The translations under genes and the position numbers were made by a program. Shown here piece after piece: positions 19,952 to 29,766 of a stretch of DNA of 64,000 nucleotides. Source of the stretch: an uncultured archaeon (lineage in GTDB: Archaea > Iainarchaeota > Iainarchaeia > Iainarchaeales > 1-14-0-10-31-34); the NCBI GenBank assembly GCA_964608675.1, contig CAZSOZ010000001.1, positions 96,001 to 160,000 on the forward strand, written 5' to 3'. Below the pieces are notes generated by a model, which made no database searches, was not told the origin of the DNA, and saw nothing but the letters and a program-made list of their open reading frames with translations. Every line of letters starts with the position of its first letter. Position 1 is the stretch's first letter.

Positions 19952-20847
19952 ACAAAAAAGAAATAGTTTTGAAAACCGCAGTAAGCATTCTGATTATAGT
20001 TCTAATAGTTTATTTTGTCGGGTTGGAAGAAATTAAGGACGGCATTACAAAAACAAAAATTGAATATTTACTTTTAGTATCAGGGTTCTTTCTTTTATCA
20101 ATGTTTATTACAACACTGGCAATATTGCCTTTAATAAAAACAAAAAATACCTACAAAATATTCAAATTCAGAACAATAAGCTGGTCTGCTGGATTGTTTC
20201 TCCCAAGCAAAATAGGGGAAATAGTATTTCCTTTAATGCTGAAAAAAGAAGGGATCGAAACAAAACAAGCAATTGCAATATTTTTTATAGACAGATTTGT
20301 TTCTTTTTCAATTATGGGAATAATTGCTTTTTTAGGGCTAATTAAATTTTTTGAAATTAAATTTAATTTTACATATTTAATTATATTTTTTATTGCTTTT
20401 CTGATTTTACTAATATCTAAAAACAAAATTAAAATAATTCAAAAAACTCAGCCATTAATCAAACAGACAGAAGACTACTTAAAAAGAGAAAAAAGAGCAA
20501 TTCTTATTAATTATGTTTTTTCTTTACTTAATTTTATTCTTATGTTTTTAGTTATAAAAACTCTTTTTCTTTCCTTAAATCAAGAAGTTAGCTTAATTGA
20601 TATCGCATTAATTTCTTGTATTACCTTAATAATAGGGGTTATTCCTTTCACAATTAATGGTTTAGGATTAAGACAAGGCGCAATGATTTTTTTATATTCT
20701 TTAGTCGGGGTTAAACCAGAATACACAATTTTAGTTGCATTTGTCTTTTTTGTTTGTTCTTATGGATTAGGAGCAATATTTTTGGCTTTATACTGGAGCG
20801 AATTCAGTTTTATTCTGAAAAGGAAAAGTGATAAAGAAAATGATTAA
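19948..20847 (+). CDS. Lysylphosphatidylglycerol synthase TM / UPF0104 flippase-like protein
   Basis: LPSKIGE, IDRF, PFTINGLGLRQG motifs; about 8 TM segments. Confidence 0.85.
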   Translation: MNKKEIVLKTAVSILIIVLIVYFVGLEEIKDGITKTKIEYLLLVSGFFLLSMFITTLAILPLIKTKNTYKIFKFRTISWSAGLFLPSKIGEIVFPLMLKKEGIETKQAIAIFFIDRFVSFSIMGIIAFLGLIKFFEIKFNFTYLIIFFIAFLILLISKNKIKIIQKTQPLIKQTEDYLKREKRAILINYVFSLLNFILMFLVIKTLFLSLNQEVSLIDIALISCITLIIGVIPFTINGLGLRQGAMIFLYSLVGVKPEYTILVAFVFFVCSYGLGAIFLALYWSEFSFILKRKSDKEND

Positions 20848-21205
20848 AATAAAAGAAATTGTTTTGGAATCAATAATGCTTGCCTCAAAAAAAGTTTATC
20901 CAAACGAATTTATTTCAATGCTTGGAACAAACAAAAAAAAAGAAATAAATGAATTAGTAGTGTTTCCTGCAGTATTTGGAAAAAATTTTTCTTCAATCAG
21001 ATTTGATTTAATTCCGTTTGATTCAAGCATAATAGGAACAGTTCATTCACATCCAACTCCAAACAACAATCCATCCCAAGAAGACATAAAAGTTTTTGAA
21101 GCAACAGGAAAAATACACTTAATAATTAGTTGGCCGTTTAATTTAAATACAATAAAAGCATTCAATCAAAACGGAAAAGAAATAGGATTTGAGGTAATTA
21201 AATGA
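20840..21205 (+). CDS. JAMM/MPN (Mov34) metalloprotease
   Basis: YPNE...GTVHSHPTPNNNPSQEDI (E, HxH-x7-S-x2-D). Confidence 0.9.
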   Translation: MIKIKEIVLESIMLASKKVYPNEFISMLGTNKKKEINELVVFPAVFGKNFSSIRFDLIPFDSSIIGTVHSHPTPNNNPSQEDIKVFEATGKIHLIISWPFNLNTIKAFNQNGKEIGFEVIK

Positions 21206-22698
21206 AAAGTCCTTTGGCATTAATTATAATGGATGGATGGGGATTAAGTAAAAAAAAAGAAGGAAATGCTATTTACTTGGCTGAACCAAAAAATTATCTG
21301 AAATACTGGAAAGAGTTTCCTCACACAAAATTAAAGTGTTCAGGAAAAAATGTTGGTTTGCCAAAAGGAAGCCAAGGCAATTCAGAAGTAGGGCATTTGC
21401 ATATAGGTGCAGGAAGAATTGTATTACAGCCCTTAATGATGATAAACCAAGCAATAAAAGACAAAAGCTTTTATGAAAATAAAGTTTTGGTTAAGGCAAT
21501 AAAAAAAGCAAAAAAAGAAAACAAAAAAGTTCATTTAATGGGATTGCTTTCAGACGAAGGAGTTCATGCAACAACAAAACATTTGTATGCTTTGCTGAAA
21601 ATGACAAAAAAAATGAATGCAAAAAAAGTTTTTGTTCATGCATTTTTAGACGGACGAGATGTACCGGAAAAAAGTGCAGAGAAATATTTAAAAGAGTTAG
21701 AAAAAAAAATTCAAGAAATTGGAGCAGGAAAAATTGCTTCAATGATTGGAAGATATTATGCAATGGACCGAGACAACAACTGGAACAGAACAAAAAAAGC
21801 AGTAGAGTTGTTGGTTAAAGGAAAAGGAATAAAAGAAAAAAATGCTTTAAAAGGAATTGAAAACTCATACAAAAGAGGAGATAAAACAGACTATTATGTT
21901 AAGCCCATAATTTTAAATGAAAAAGGTCTGATAGAAAAAGAAGACACAATTATATTCTTTAATTTCCGCTCAGACAGAAGCAGGCAATTAACAAGATGTT
22001 TTACTGAAAGAAAGTTTGGGGCGCCAAAAGTAAATTTTGTGTGTATGACAAAATACGACAAAAAAATTAAGGCTCCAACTGCATTTGAACAAACAAAAGT
22101 TAAAAACAATTTAGGAAAAGTTTTAGCAGAAAATGGATTAAAGCAGTTAAGAATAGCAGAAACAGAAAAATATGCTCATGTGACTTTCTTTTTTAACAGC
22201 CAAATAGAAAAACCAAACAAAAGAGAAGAAAGAATTATGGTTAATTCTCCTAAAGTACCTTCATATGACTTGAAACCGGAAATGAGTGCAATTGAAGTCA
22301 AAAAAAAAGTTTTAAAAGAAATAAAAAAAGACAAATTTGATATTATTATAATTAATTTTGCTAACCCTGATTTAGTTGGGCATTCAGGAAAAATAAATGC
22401 AGTGATAAAAGCAATAAAAACAGTTGATGAATGTGTAGGGGAAATAACTCAACTGATTTTAAAAAAAAATGGAAAAACATTAATTACAGCAGACCATGGA
22501 AATGCAGAACAAATGATTTACAAAAACAAAGAAGTATGTCCTGCACATACAACAAACAAAGTTCCGTTTATTCTGGTTTCAAAAAAAGAAAAAAAACTCA
22601 GAAAACAAGGAGAATTAATTGATATTGCTCCAACAATACTGAAAATACTTAAAATAAAAAAACCCAAAGAAATGACAGGAAAAAATTTAATCAAATAA
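21202..22698 (+). CDS. gpmI: 2,3-bisphosphoglycerate-independent phosphoglycerate mutase (bacterial-type)
   Basis: IMDGWG, GNSEVGH, LDGRDV, GRYYAMDRD, ETEKYAHVT, NPDLVGHSG, ADHGN. Confidence 0.96.
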   Translation: MKSPLALIIMDGWGLSKKKEGNAIYLAEPKNYLKYWKEFPHTKLKCSGKNVGLPKGSQGNSEVGHLHIGAGRIVLQPLMMINQAIKDKSFYENKVLVKAIKKAKKENKKVHLMGLLSDEGVHATTKHLYALLKMTKKMNAKKVFVHAFLDGRDVPEKSAEKYLKELEKKIQEIGAGKIASMIGRYYAMDRDNNWNRTKKAVELLVKGKGIKEKNALKGIENSYKRGDKTDYYVKPIILNEKGLIEKEDTIIFFNFRSDRSRQLTRCFTERKFGAPKVNFVCMTKYDKKIKAPTAFEQTKVKNNLGKVLAENGLKQLRIAETEKYAHVTFFFNSQIEKPNKREERIMVNSPKVPSYDLKPEMSAIEVKKKVLKEIKKDKFDIIIINFANPDLVGHSGKINAVIKAIKTVDECVGEITQLILKKNGKTLITADHGNAEQMIYKNKEVCPAHTTNKVPFILVSKKEKKLRKQGELIDIAPTILKILKIKKPKEMTGKNLIK

Positions 22699-22743
22699 TT
22701 AAATCCAAAAGACTTAAATATTCTTAAACTATATTTTTATTTG

Positions 22744-23196
22744 ATGCAAAAAGGACAAATAAGTCTGGATTTAATGTTTACAGTAATAGTAGTAATTCTG
22801 CTTGCACAAGTCTTTACAAGCTTTAGCCAAGAATTAATGCAAAGCGAAAGAACAACAGGAATAAGAGCCCAAGAACAAAATATTGCAAACGATTTAATTG
22901 AATTAATGAACCAAACAAAAATGTTTGACGAAAATCAGGACAGCAACTTTAATGTAAATTACAGGATTCCATTCATAATTGACCCCCAAAAAAGAGGAAA
23001 ACAAGACTGCAACGTAATAATTCACAGGAATTTAAATCCAAAAACATACATAAAAATAAGCTATCAAACAAACGACTTAAATGAAGTCACCGTGCAAAAA
23101 GACATAAACTTTAATTTTTTGGATACCAGTGAATTAAATTATTTATGCGGAGAAGTAATTCAAGCAGACAAACAAACATGGGGAGAAAAAACATGA
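22744..23196 (+). CDS. Pilin-like protein, class III signal peptide
   Basis: MQKG|QISLDLMFTVIVVILL. Confidence 0.75.
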   Translation: MQKGQISLDLMFTVIVVILLAQVFTSFSQELMQSERTTGIRAQEQNIANDLIELMNQTKMFDENQDSNFNVNYRIPFIIDPQKRGKQDCNVIIHRNLNPKTYIKISYQTNDLNEVTVQKDINFNFLDTSELNYLCGEVIQADKQTWGEKT

Positions 23197-23852
23197 AAAA
23201 AGGACAAATAATTTCATTGGATTTCATTATATCATTAGTGTTAATTGTAATGGCAATAGGATTAGTACTGCAATTAAGTGAAATAGAAAACTATAATTTC
23301 AAAGACAAAAAATTAAAAGACGACGTGCAAATCATGGGAAAAACTGCCTCCAATCTTTTAGTTAACAGCCCAAAAACTGTATGCGAATTAGTTGATGCAA
23401 GAGACCAAAACAAAATAATTTCATACATAAGCAATTGTTTGCCGGACTTCAATTTTGCTGTGCCATACAATGAATGCGGAGGAAGTGCAACAGCATGCAA
23501 GACATGGGACAAATATGGAGCAAACCACAGGACATTCAAGCCAATATTAAAAGAATTCTTAGGGCTTCCGGAAGAATACTCGTGTTATATTAAAATAAAA
23601 GGAGGAAAAGTTAATCCAGATGAAAATGCAAGTTTGCTGTCAGACTGCGAGATTTCTCCTCCTGCCCTAGCAAAAAACGTTTATGCAATAGACTTGAATG
23701 TAATGATTCACAACAAAGTAAACGGTTCAAGCGGAAAAACATTAACTGTAGACAAAAACGAATTTGAATACTGCACAATTTACGGTTCTCATGAAGATTA
23801 CTGTCATATGTATCCTGCAGTAATAAAATTTATGGTGTGGAAAAATGAATAA
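23193..23852 (+). CDS. Pilin-like protein, class III signal peptide, Cys-rich
   Basis: MKKG|QIISLDFIISLVLIV; 8 Cys; ATGA coupling to the previous gene. Confidence 0.75.
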   Translation: MKKGQIISLDFIISLVLIVMAIGLVLQLSEIENYNFKDKKLKDDVQIMGKTASNLLVNSPKTVCELVDARDQNKIISYISNCLPDFNFAVPYNECGGSATACKTWDKYGANHRTFKPILKEFLGLPEEYSCYIKIKGGKVNPDENASLLSDCEISPPALAKNVYAIDLNVMIHNKVNGSSGKTLTVDKNEFEYCTIYGSHEDYCHMYPAVIKFMVWKNE

Positions 23853-24183
23853 AGGATTTATTTTCAGCACAGATGCAATGATTGCATTAGCAACAGTAAT
23901 GATTGCTTCATTAATACTTACTTTTCCTTATTCAATAGAAGAAGGAAGTGAAGCAAATCTTTCTTTTTTAAAACAAGAATTATCAGGACAAGCAATAGTA
24001 GCATACTATCAGGGAAAAACAGCGGAAGAAATAGGATTAAGAAGCAGTAATTCAGATTTCAATAATTTTGATTACGCAGAATGCTTTACTTTATACGACT
24101 ATAATTATGAATACAGCGAAATATACGGAAAAGGAAAATTAGAAGAAAAAAAATACTGCATGGGAAAAAGGAGTTTAAGATGA
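23845..24183 (+). CDS. Pilin-like protein, class III signal peptide
   Basis: MNKG|FIFSTDAMIALATV. Confidence 0.7.
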   Translation: MNKGFIFSTDAMIALATVMIASLILTFPYSIEEGSEANLSFLKQELSGQAIVAYYQGKTAEEIGLRSSNSDFNNFDYAECFTLYDYNYEYSEIYGKGKLEEKKYCMGKRSLR

Positions 24184-24779
24184 AAGGATTTTACAGTGTA
24201 ATAATAGGATTAATAGTTTTGCTGATTTTATCTACAGCTTTATTCAGTGTAAGTTCGTTTAACAAAAGCCAGTCATTGATTCCTCAAAAAGAAAGCTTTA
24301 ATTATACAATAAAAGAATGGCAGAATGCAAGAAGAATGCTTGACAAAGCAACTTCAGATGCAATAATAGACACAGCGTTTTCAGCAGACTGCCTTACAAT
24401 AGATGCAGGAACCGCAGAAAAATTCAATGACGCAAACATTTTAGTTTACGACTACAATACAATTGCATCAATGAACGCAGACTGCATAATAAAAAATTTA
24501 AACAGCAGCACAATACTAATCCAAAAAACAGTCGACCATGCAGTTCATTCAGTCGGAGAAAGAAATGTTTTTGACATAAACATAGGAATGACATTAAAAT
24601 GCATGCATCAAATAGAAATAGGAATTGATTTAAACTCTCTTGCTTCATACGACAAAAACATTTTGTTTGAAAAAACAGTTGACGCAAACTTTAATTCTTC
24701 AACAAATGACTGCAATGTATTTGTAATAGACAAGCAGTCAGGATTAATGGATGTAAATTATTTTGTTTCAATGTCCTAA
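24180..24779 (+). CDS. Pilin-like or secreted protein
   Basis: MKG|FYSVIIGLIVLL; translationally coupled to the upstream pilin-like genes. Confidence 0.6.
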   Translation: MKGFYSVIIGLIVLLILSTALFSVSSFNKSQSLIPQKESFNYTIKEWQNARRMLDKATSDAIIDTAFSADCLTIDAGTAEKFNDANILVYDYNTIASMNADCIIKNLNSSTILIQKTVDHAVHSVGERNVFDINIGMTLKCMHQIEIGIDLNSLASYDKNILFEKTVDANFNSSTNDCNVFVIDKQSGLMDVNYFVSMS

Positions 24780-26170
24780 AAAAATTTTGAAATATGCTTT
24801 GAAACTCCCGACCCATACTGCAAGGCTTTTTTTTTCTTTAAAGCAATTTCTTCAGGAAGACCTAAATCCAAAGCAAGCTTTCTTAAAATTCTTTTCCTCA
24901 AAAAATCATCAGAAGAAAAAATTTTCTGATTAACAGGAATCCTCATAGAAGTGCATACAAGATTTTTATCTAAAAAAGGAAGCCTGTGCTCTAAATTAAA
25001 ATGCATAGAAACAAGATCTTCACGGTAAAGGTTTCTGCTCCACAAATTAAAAATTGAATGCCAGATTTCACTCTGAACTTTATTCAAAGGAACCTTGGAA
25101 TAAGAATGATAGCCTCCAAAAATTTCATCAGAACCTTGCCCTGAAAAAATTACCTGAAAACCTTTTTTATGTACTAATTCACAAACTGCGTATTCAGGAA
25201 CAGTCAACTGCAACTGCATTTCATCAAAAAAAGAAAGCAAAGAAAGAGACTTCAAAGAAAGATGCATTAATTCATCTTTTTCAATGACTCTAGTATGAAG
25301 CTTTAAATCAAGTTTTTCTGCGGCTTTAACAGCAGAAACCAAATCATGAGAATCCTGCATTCCAACAGAAAACAATTCTGTTTCAGGAACAACAGAAGAA
25401 ACAGCTTTTGCAATAACACTTGAATCAACTCCTCCGGAAAAAAGAATTCCTGTTTTCTTAACATTCCTTGAACGCAAAAAAACTGAATCAAAAAAAGATT
25501 TCTTTAAATCAAAAAAAGAAGCCTTTTGAGAACAATTTTTTTTAAATAAATCAAAAGAAAAAATTTTTTTTATTTGAATTCCGTTTTCAGACAAAATCAA
25601 AAGGCTTCCGGGAAGCAAAGGCAAAGGAAAATTAATGTTCATTTTCTTTAAAGGTTTTGGTTCAGAAGCAAACGCAATAAAAGAATCGTTTTCTCCAAAC
25701 CAAACAGGTTTTATTCCCAAAATGTCTCTGAAAACAAAAATTTTTTTATTAAAAGTAAAAGCAACAGCATATTCGCCGTTTGCTTTACTCATAAAATTTT
25801 TAATTGCTTTTTCCGGAGAACTTTTTTTTAGTTTGCTTTCAAAAAATTCTTTTACAAAAATTGTATCTGATTCTGATTCAGAAAACTCAAAAAAATTATA
25901 TATTTCTCCATTAAAAACAAGAGAATTTTTTTGGAATTCAACCGGCTGAGGATGACAGCCGTTAATTGGCATCAAAGAATGAGCTATTCCAAACGAACCC
26001 TTAAGAAAATTCTTTCTTAAAGAAGAAAGAGTTTTTGCATGAACAGTTTTTCCGTTAACTGAAAGCCCAAAAAATTTGTTTCCACGGTGCCTTAAATCAA
26101 ACAATAATTCCATTAAATAATCAAAAACGTTTTCTTTTTTTTTTGAAATGACTCCTGAAATAGAACACAT
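24776..26170 (-). CDS. asnB: Asparagine synthetase B family (glutamine-hydrolysing)
   Basis: N-terminal Cys (MCSI), HRG, FNGEIYN, RDILGIKP, FSGGVDSS, SGQGSDEIFGGY, RLPFLD. Confidence 0.85.
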   Translation of the reverse strand: MCSISGVISKKKENVFDYLMELLFDLRHRGNKFFGLSVNGKTVHAKTLSSLRKNFLKGSFGIAHSLMPINGCHPQPVEFQKNSLVFNGEIYNFFEFSESESDTIFVKEFFESKLKKSSPEKAIKNFMSKANGEYAVAFTFNKKIFVFRDILGIKPVWFGENDSFIAFASEPKPLKKMNINFPLPLLPGSLLILSENGIQIKKIFSFDLFKKNCSQKASFFDLKKSFFDSVFLRSRNVKKTGILFSGGVDSSVIAKAVSSVVPETELFSVGMQDSHDLVSAVKAAEKLDLKLHTRVIEKDELMHLSLKSLSLLSFFDEMQLQLTVPEYAVCELVHKKGFQVIFSGQGSDEIFGGYHSYSKVPLNKVQSEIWHSIFNLWSRNLYREDLVSMHFNLEHRLPFLDKNLVCTSMRIPVNQKIFSSDDFLRKRILRKLALDLGLPEEIALKKKKALQYGSGVSKHISKFF

Positions 26171-26269
26171 AATATAAAAAAGCTGAAAAAAAGAATTAAA
26201 AAAAGGTGTTTAGGAAAAAAACTAACAAAATAAAAAACAAATTAAAAAAGTCGGTGAAAAGAATCTTTT

Positions 26270-26482
26270 ATGAAAGAAAAAACAAGATTGTTGTTTGCTT
26301 TAACTGCAATTTTTGTTATAGCAATGATAATCATTGCATTTGGAAGCTTTCTGGAAGAAACACCAAAAGACAAAATTGCGCCAAACACAACTTCAATTAA
26401 AATACCAAAAGAAAAAATGGGCAGTCTTTCACTTCAAAAAGAAGGAAACCAAAACGAATTCATAGAAGACAAACTAAAGTGA
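26270..26482 (+). CDS. Small single-TM hypothetical protein
   Basis: One hydrophobic helix; GGTGA-like RBS upstream. Confidence 0.5.
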   Translation: MKEKTRLLFALTAIFVIAMIIIAFGSFLEETPKDKIAPNTTSIKIPKEKMGSLSLQKEGNQNEFIEDKLK

Positions 26483-28243
26483 ATAATAATACTCTCCTTT
26501 TAGCTTTTGCTCTTTGTCTTTAATTGAATTCAGTTTGTTTGCTCTGGGCCGGCCTGTTTCAGGATCCCGTCTGAAAGAAACATTCATTTCCTTCAAGAAA
26601 AAATTCATGCCTGAATGCATTTCCTGAGGCGAAAAAGCTTTTCCTTCAACAGAAGTGGTTCCCTGAAAAACAATTAATCTGTCAGAAATGTAATCAATAA
26701 ACAAAACATCATGATCTACAATCAAAGCAGTTTTTCCTTTCTTTTCAATAATGCTTCTTATGGCATCAGCAATCTTTAATCTGTCTTCAACATCAACAAA
26801 AGCAGACGGTTCATCCAAAAGATAAAGCCCTGCTTCCCTGCTTAAACAAAAAGCAACCGCGATTTTTTGGAGTTCTCCTCCGCTTAAATTCTTTAAATTT
26901 GAATCCATTAAAGAATCCAAAGAAAACTTTTTTTTGAATTCAGAATTAAATGTTTCTTTGTTTATTTCAGGCAAAGAAAACAATTCCCTTACAGTCTTGT
27001 TTTCTGTTTTCAACTGCTGGGGTTTAAATGAAATCTTTAAATTTAAATCAAGTTCTGTGTTGTCGGGCTTAATTTTTCCTGCAAGAATTTTAACAAAAGT
27101 TGTTTTTCCTAAAGCATTTCCTCCGACTATGCCTATTACTTCTCCCTGCCGTAAACTTCCTGCTTCACTTTTCAAGCTAAAACCAGAAAACTTTTTTTCA
27201 ATTGAAGGATACTCAAAAAAAACAGTTGTTTTTCTGCTTTTAGCAGGAGGCTTTACTTCAAAACTTAATTCTTTGTCTCTAAACCTTATGTTTTCATCTT
27301 TAAGATAACCGTTCAAAAACTCGTTTATTCCATTTTTAGAGCTTTTAACTGAACTGACAACACCATAAATTCCAGGAGAACCATAAAAAATGTTAATGTA
27401 GTCGCTTAAATAATCCAAAACAGCCAAATCGTGTTCTACAAGCATAACGCTTTTATTTGATTCAGCAACAAAATTAACTGCTTTAGCCATTTTCAGTCTT
27501 TGCTTTATATCTAAAAAAGAAGAAGGCTCGTCAAAAAAATAGTAGTCGGCTTTCTTTAATATTGCTGCAGCCACAGCAAGCCTTTGAAGTTCTCCTCCTG
27601 AAAGATTTTTTATTTCCTTTGAAAGAATAGGAGTTAATTCAAGCAAATCAATTAATTCATTCAAAGCATTTCTTTCATCAATTTTTTTCAGTAAATCAAT
27701 TACTTTGCCTTTAACTTTTTTTGGAATCAATTCAATTCTTTGCGGTTTAAAAGAAAGAACTGGGTTTTTTTTAATTGAATTAAAAAAATTCATTAATTCT
27801 TTTCCTTTGAATTTCTGAATCACTTTTTGCATTGAAGGTTTTTCTTCAAGGCTTCCTAAATTAGGAGTTAATTCATGAGACAAAATTTTTAAGACCGTTG
27901 ATTTTCCTATTGCATTTTTTCCAATTAAGCCTGCAACCGAAGACTTTATAGGAACAGGCAAATTATATAAACGAAAACCGTTTTTTGAATACTGATGAAT
28001 AGGTTCATCTAATTCAGATGGCTTGTTTATAATTGAAATTGCATTAAAAGGACATTTCATTGCACAAATCTGACAGCCAATACACAATTCTTCAGAAATT
28101 TCCGGTAAATTGGATTCATTTTCAGTAATACATTCCTTGTTTGTTCTGTTCACAGGACAAACCCTAATACACAAAAAATTTCCGCATTCCTGAGGATGAC
28201 ATTTATCATAATCAATTACAGCAATTCTTTTCTTTAAAGCCAT
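26474..28243 (-). CDS. Ribosome recycling ATPase ABCE1 (Rli1)
   Basis: Start at MALKKRIAV; two Fe-S cluster motifs, two ABC domains, C-terminal RRDPETGRPRANK. Confidence 0.96.
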   Translation of the reverse strand: MALKKRIAVIDYDKCHPQECGNFLCIRVCPVNRTNKECITENESNLPEISEELCIGCQICAMKCPFNAISIINKPSELDEPIHQYSKNGFRLYNLPVPIKSSVAGLIGKNAIGKSTVLKILSHELTPNLGSLEEKPSMQKVIQKFKGKELMNFFNSIKKNPVLSFKPQRIELIPKKVKGKVIDLLKKIDERNALNELIDLLELTPILSKEIKNLSGGELQRLAVAAAILKKADYYFFDEPSSFLDIKQRLKMAKAVNFVAESNKSVMLVEHDLAVLDYLSDYINIFYGSPGIYGVVSSVKSSKNGINEFLNGYLKDENIRFRDKELSFEVKPPAKSRKTTVFFEYPSIEKKFSGFSLKSEAGSLRQGEVIGIVGGNALGKTTFVKILAGKIKPDNTELDLNLKISFKPQQLKTENKTVRELFSLPEINKETFNSEFKKKFSLDSLMDSNLKNLSGGELQKIAVAFCLSREAGLYLLDEPSAFVDVEDRLKIADAIRSIIEKKGKTALIVDHDVLFIDYISDRLIVFQGTTSVEGKAFSPQEMHSGMNFFLKEMNVSFRRDPETGRPRANKLNSIKDKEQKLKGEYYYSL

Positions 28244-28295
28244 AATAAGAATAGAATTGAAAAGAATTAAAAAGAATTTTAAGTAAAAATCTTTA

Positions 28296-29333
28296 ATGAA
28301 AAAATTAAAGATAGATAAAAAAAACAATGTAATTGAATTGATTCCAGAAAACATTGATGATTTATGGTATTTAGAAAGAATACTTGAAAAAGGCGATTTA
28401 GTCAGCGGAAGCTCTGAAAGAAAAATAAAATCAGAAGAAGGAAGAAAAGCACAAAAAATAGTTATTTGGACAGAAATAGAAGCAGAAAAAATAGAATTTC
28501 ATGAAAACTACCAAAATTTAAGGGTTTCAGGGCCAATGAAAGCAATGAAACCAGAAGAATTTTTTGAATCAGACGCCTTCCATTCACTTGAATTTGGATT
28601 AAAAGACAAAATAAAAATTAAAAAAAAGAAAATAAAAGAATATCAAATAAACACCATAGAAAAAGCAGTGAAAAATTCAGGAAGAAATCAAATGCTTTTA
28701 ATAGTAATGGATGACGAAGAAGCAACAATAGCAGAAGCAAGCGAAAAAGGAATAAAAACAAAAACAGTAATAAAATCAGGAAAACAAGGAAAACGATTCA
28801 AACAAGAAAAAGGAAAAGAAAACAAATACTTTGAAGAAATAACCCAAAAAATTCAATCAGAAAAAAAAGAAAAAATAATTATTGCAGGTCCAGGATTCAC
28901 AAAAAACGAATACAAAAAGTTTCTGGAAAACAAAAACATTAAATTCAACGCAATATTTGAATCCATTAATTCAGTTGGAAAAACAGGATTAAATGAATTA
29001 ATAAAAAAAGGAATAATAGAAAAAATTCTTCATGAAAGCATGCTCATAAAAGAAAACAAAAAAATGGAAGAAATAATAAAAGAAGCAGGAAAAAAAAATT
29101 CTTTAATTGAATACGGAGAAAAAGAAATAAAAAAACACGCAGAAAAAGGCACAATAGAAGAATTAATTATATCAGACAAAAAATTTTTTCAAGAAAGAGA
29201 AAAAACACAGGAAATTATAGAAAAAGTAGAAGAATTCAAAGGAAAAATAATGATTTTTTCATCAGAACACGAAGCAGGAGAATACTTGAACGGCTTCGGA
29301 GGAATAATAGCAATACTCAGATTCAGAGAATAA
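28296..29333 (+). CDS. pelA: Pelota (ribosome rescue factor)
   Basis: PENIDDLWYL..I..GDLV, LRVSG, AGPGF, HEAGE.L.GFGGI.AILRF. Confidence 0.93.
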   Translation: MKKLKIDKKNNVIELIPENIDDLWYLERILEKGDLVSGSSERKIKSEEGRKAQKIVIWTEIEAEKIEFHENYQNLRVSGPMKAMKPEEFFESDAFHSLEFGLKDKIKIKKKKIKEYQINTIEKAVKNSGRNQMLLIVMDDEEATIAEASEKGIKTKTVIKSGKQGKRFKQEKGKENKYFEEITQKIQSEKKEKIIIAGPGFTKNEYKKFLENKNIKFNAIFESINSVGKTGLNELIKKGIIEKILHESMLIKENKKMEEIIKEAGKKNSLIEYGEKEIKKHAEKGTIEELIISDKKFFQEREKTQEIIEKVEEFKGKIMIFSSEHEAGEYLNGFGGIIAILRFRE

Positions 29334-29385
29334 AAAAAAAAGCAAAATTATAAAAGCAAAGAACACATAATCATTACGTGATTAA

Positions 29386-29766
29386 ATGGTTCTGCCAATA
29401 AGCGAACTGCATTTCTTACTGCTGACTATTTCAATGCTTTTAATGGTTATATCCTCTTACTGGATATGGAAAACTAAAAGAAGTTTTACAGAAGGAAGCC
29501 TGAACAAATTCATTAAATGGCTTTCATCAGCAGTGTTCATTCTTGCAGTCAATTTTGTAATTCACTTTTTTCTTCAGACAACAGGATTCATAAAAGGAGA
29601 ATTCCTTTATTATACATGCTATTCATTCTTTATACTTTCAGCATTTTGTTTTGCAAGAGCCTCAATGTATTTGGATGAATTATACAAAGAAAGCGATTTC
29701 ATGAGTTTAGTTAAAGAAAAAATGCAGAACCAGACAGAAGAATTCTTTGAAGAGGCAAAAATATGA
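29386..29766 (+). CDS. Hypothetical 3-TM membrane protein
   Basis: Three hydrophobic helices; ATGA coupling to the next gene. Confidence 0.6.
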   Translation: MVLPISELHFLLLTISMLLMVISSYWIWKTKRSFTEGSLNKFIKWLSSAVFILAVNFVIHFFLQTTGFIKGEFLYYTCYSFFILSAFCFARASMYLDELYKESDFMSLVKEKMQNQTEEFFEEAKI

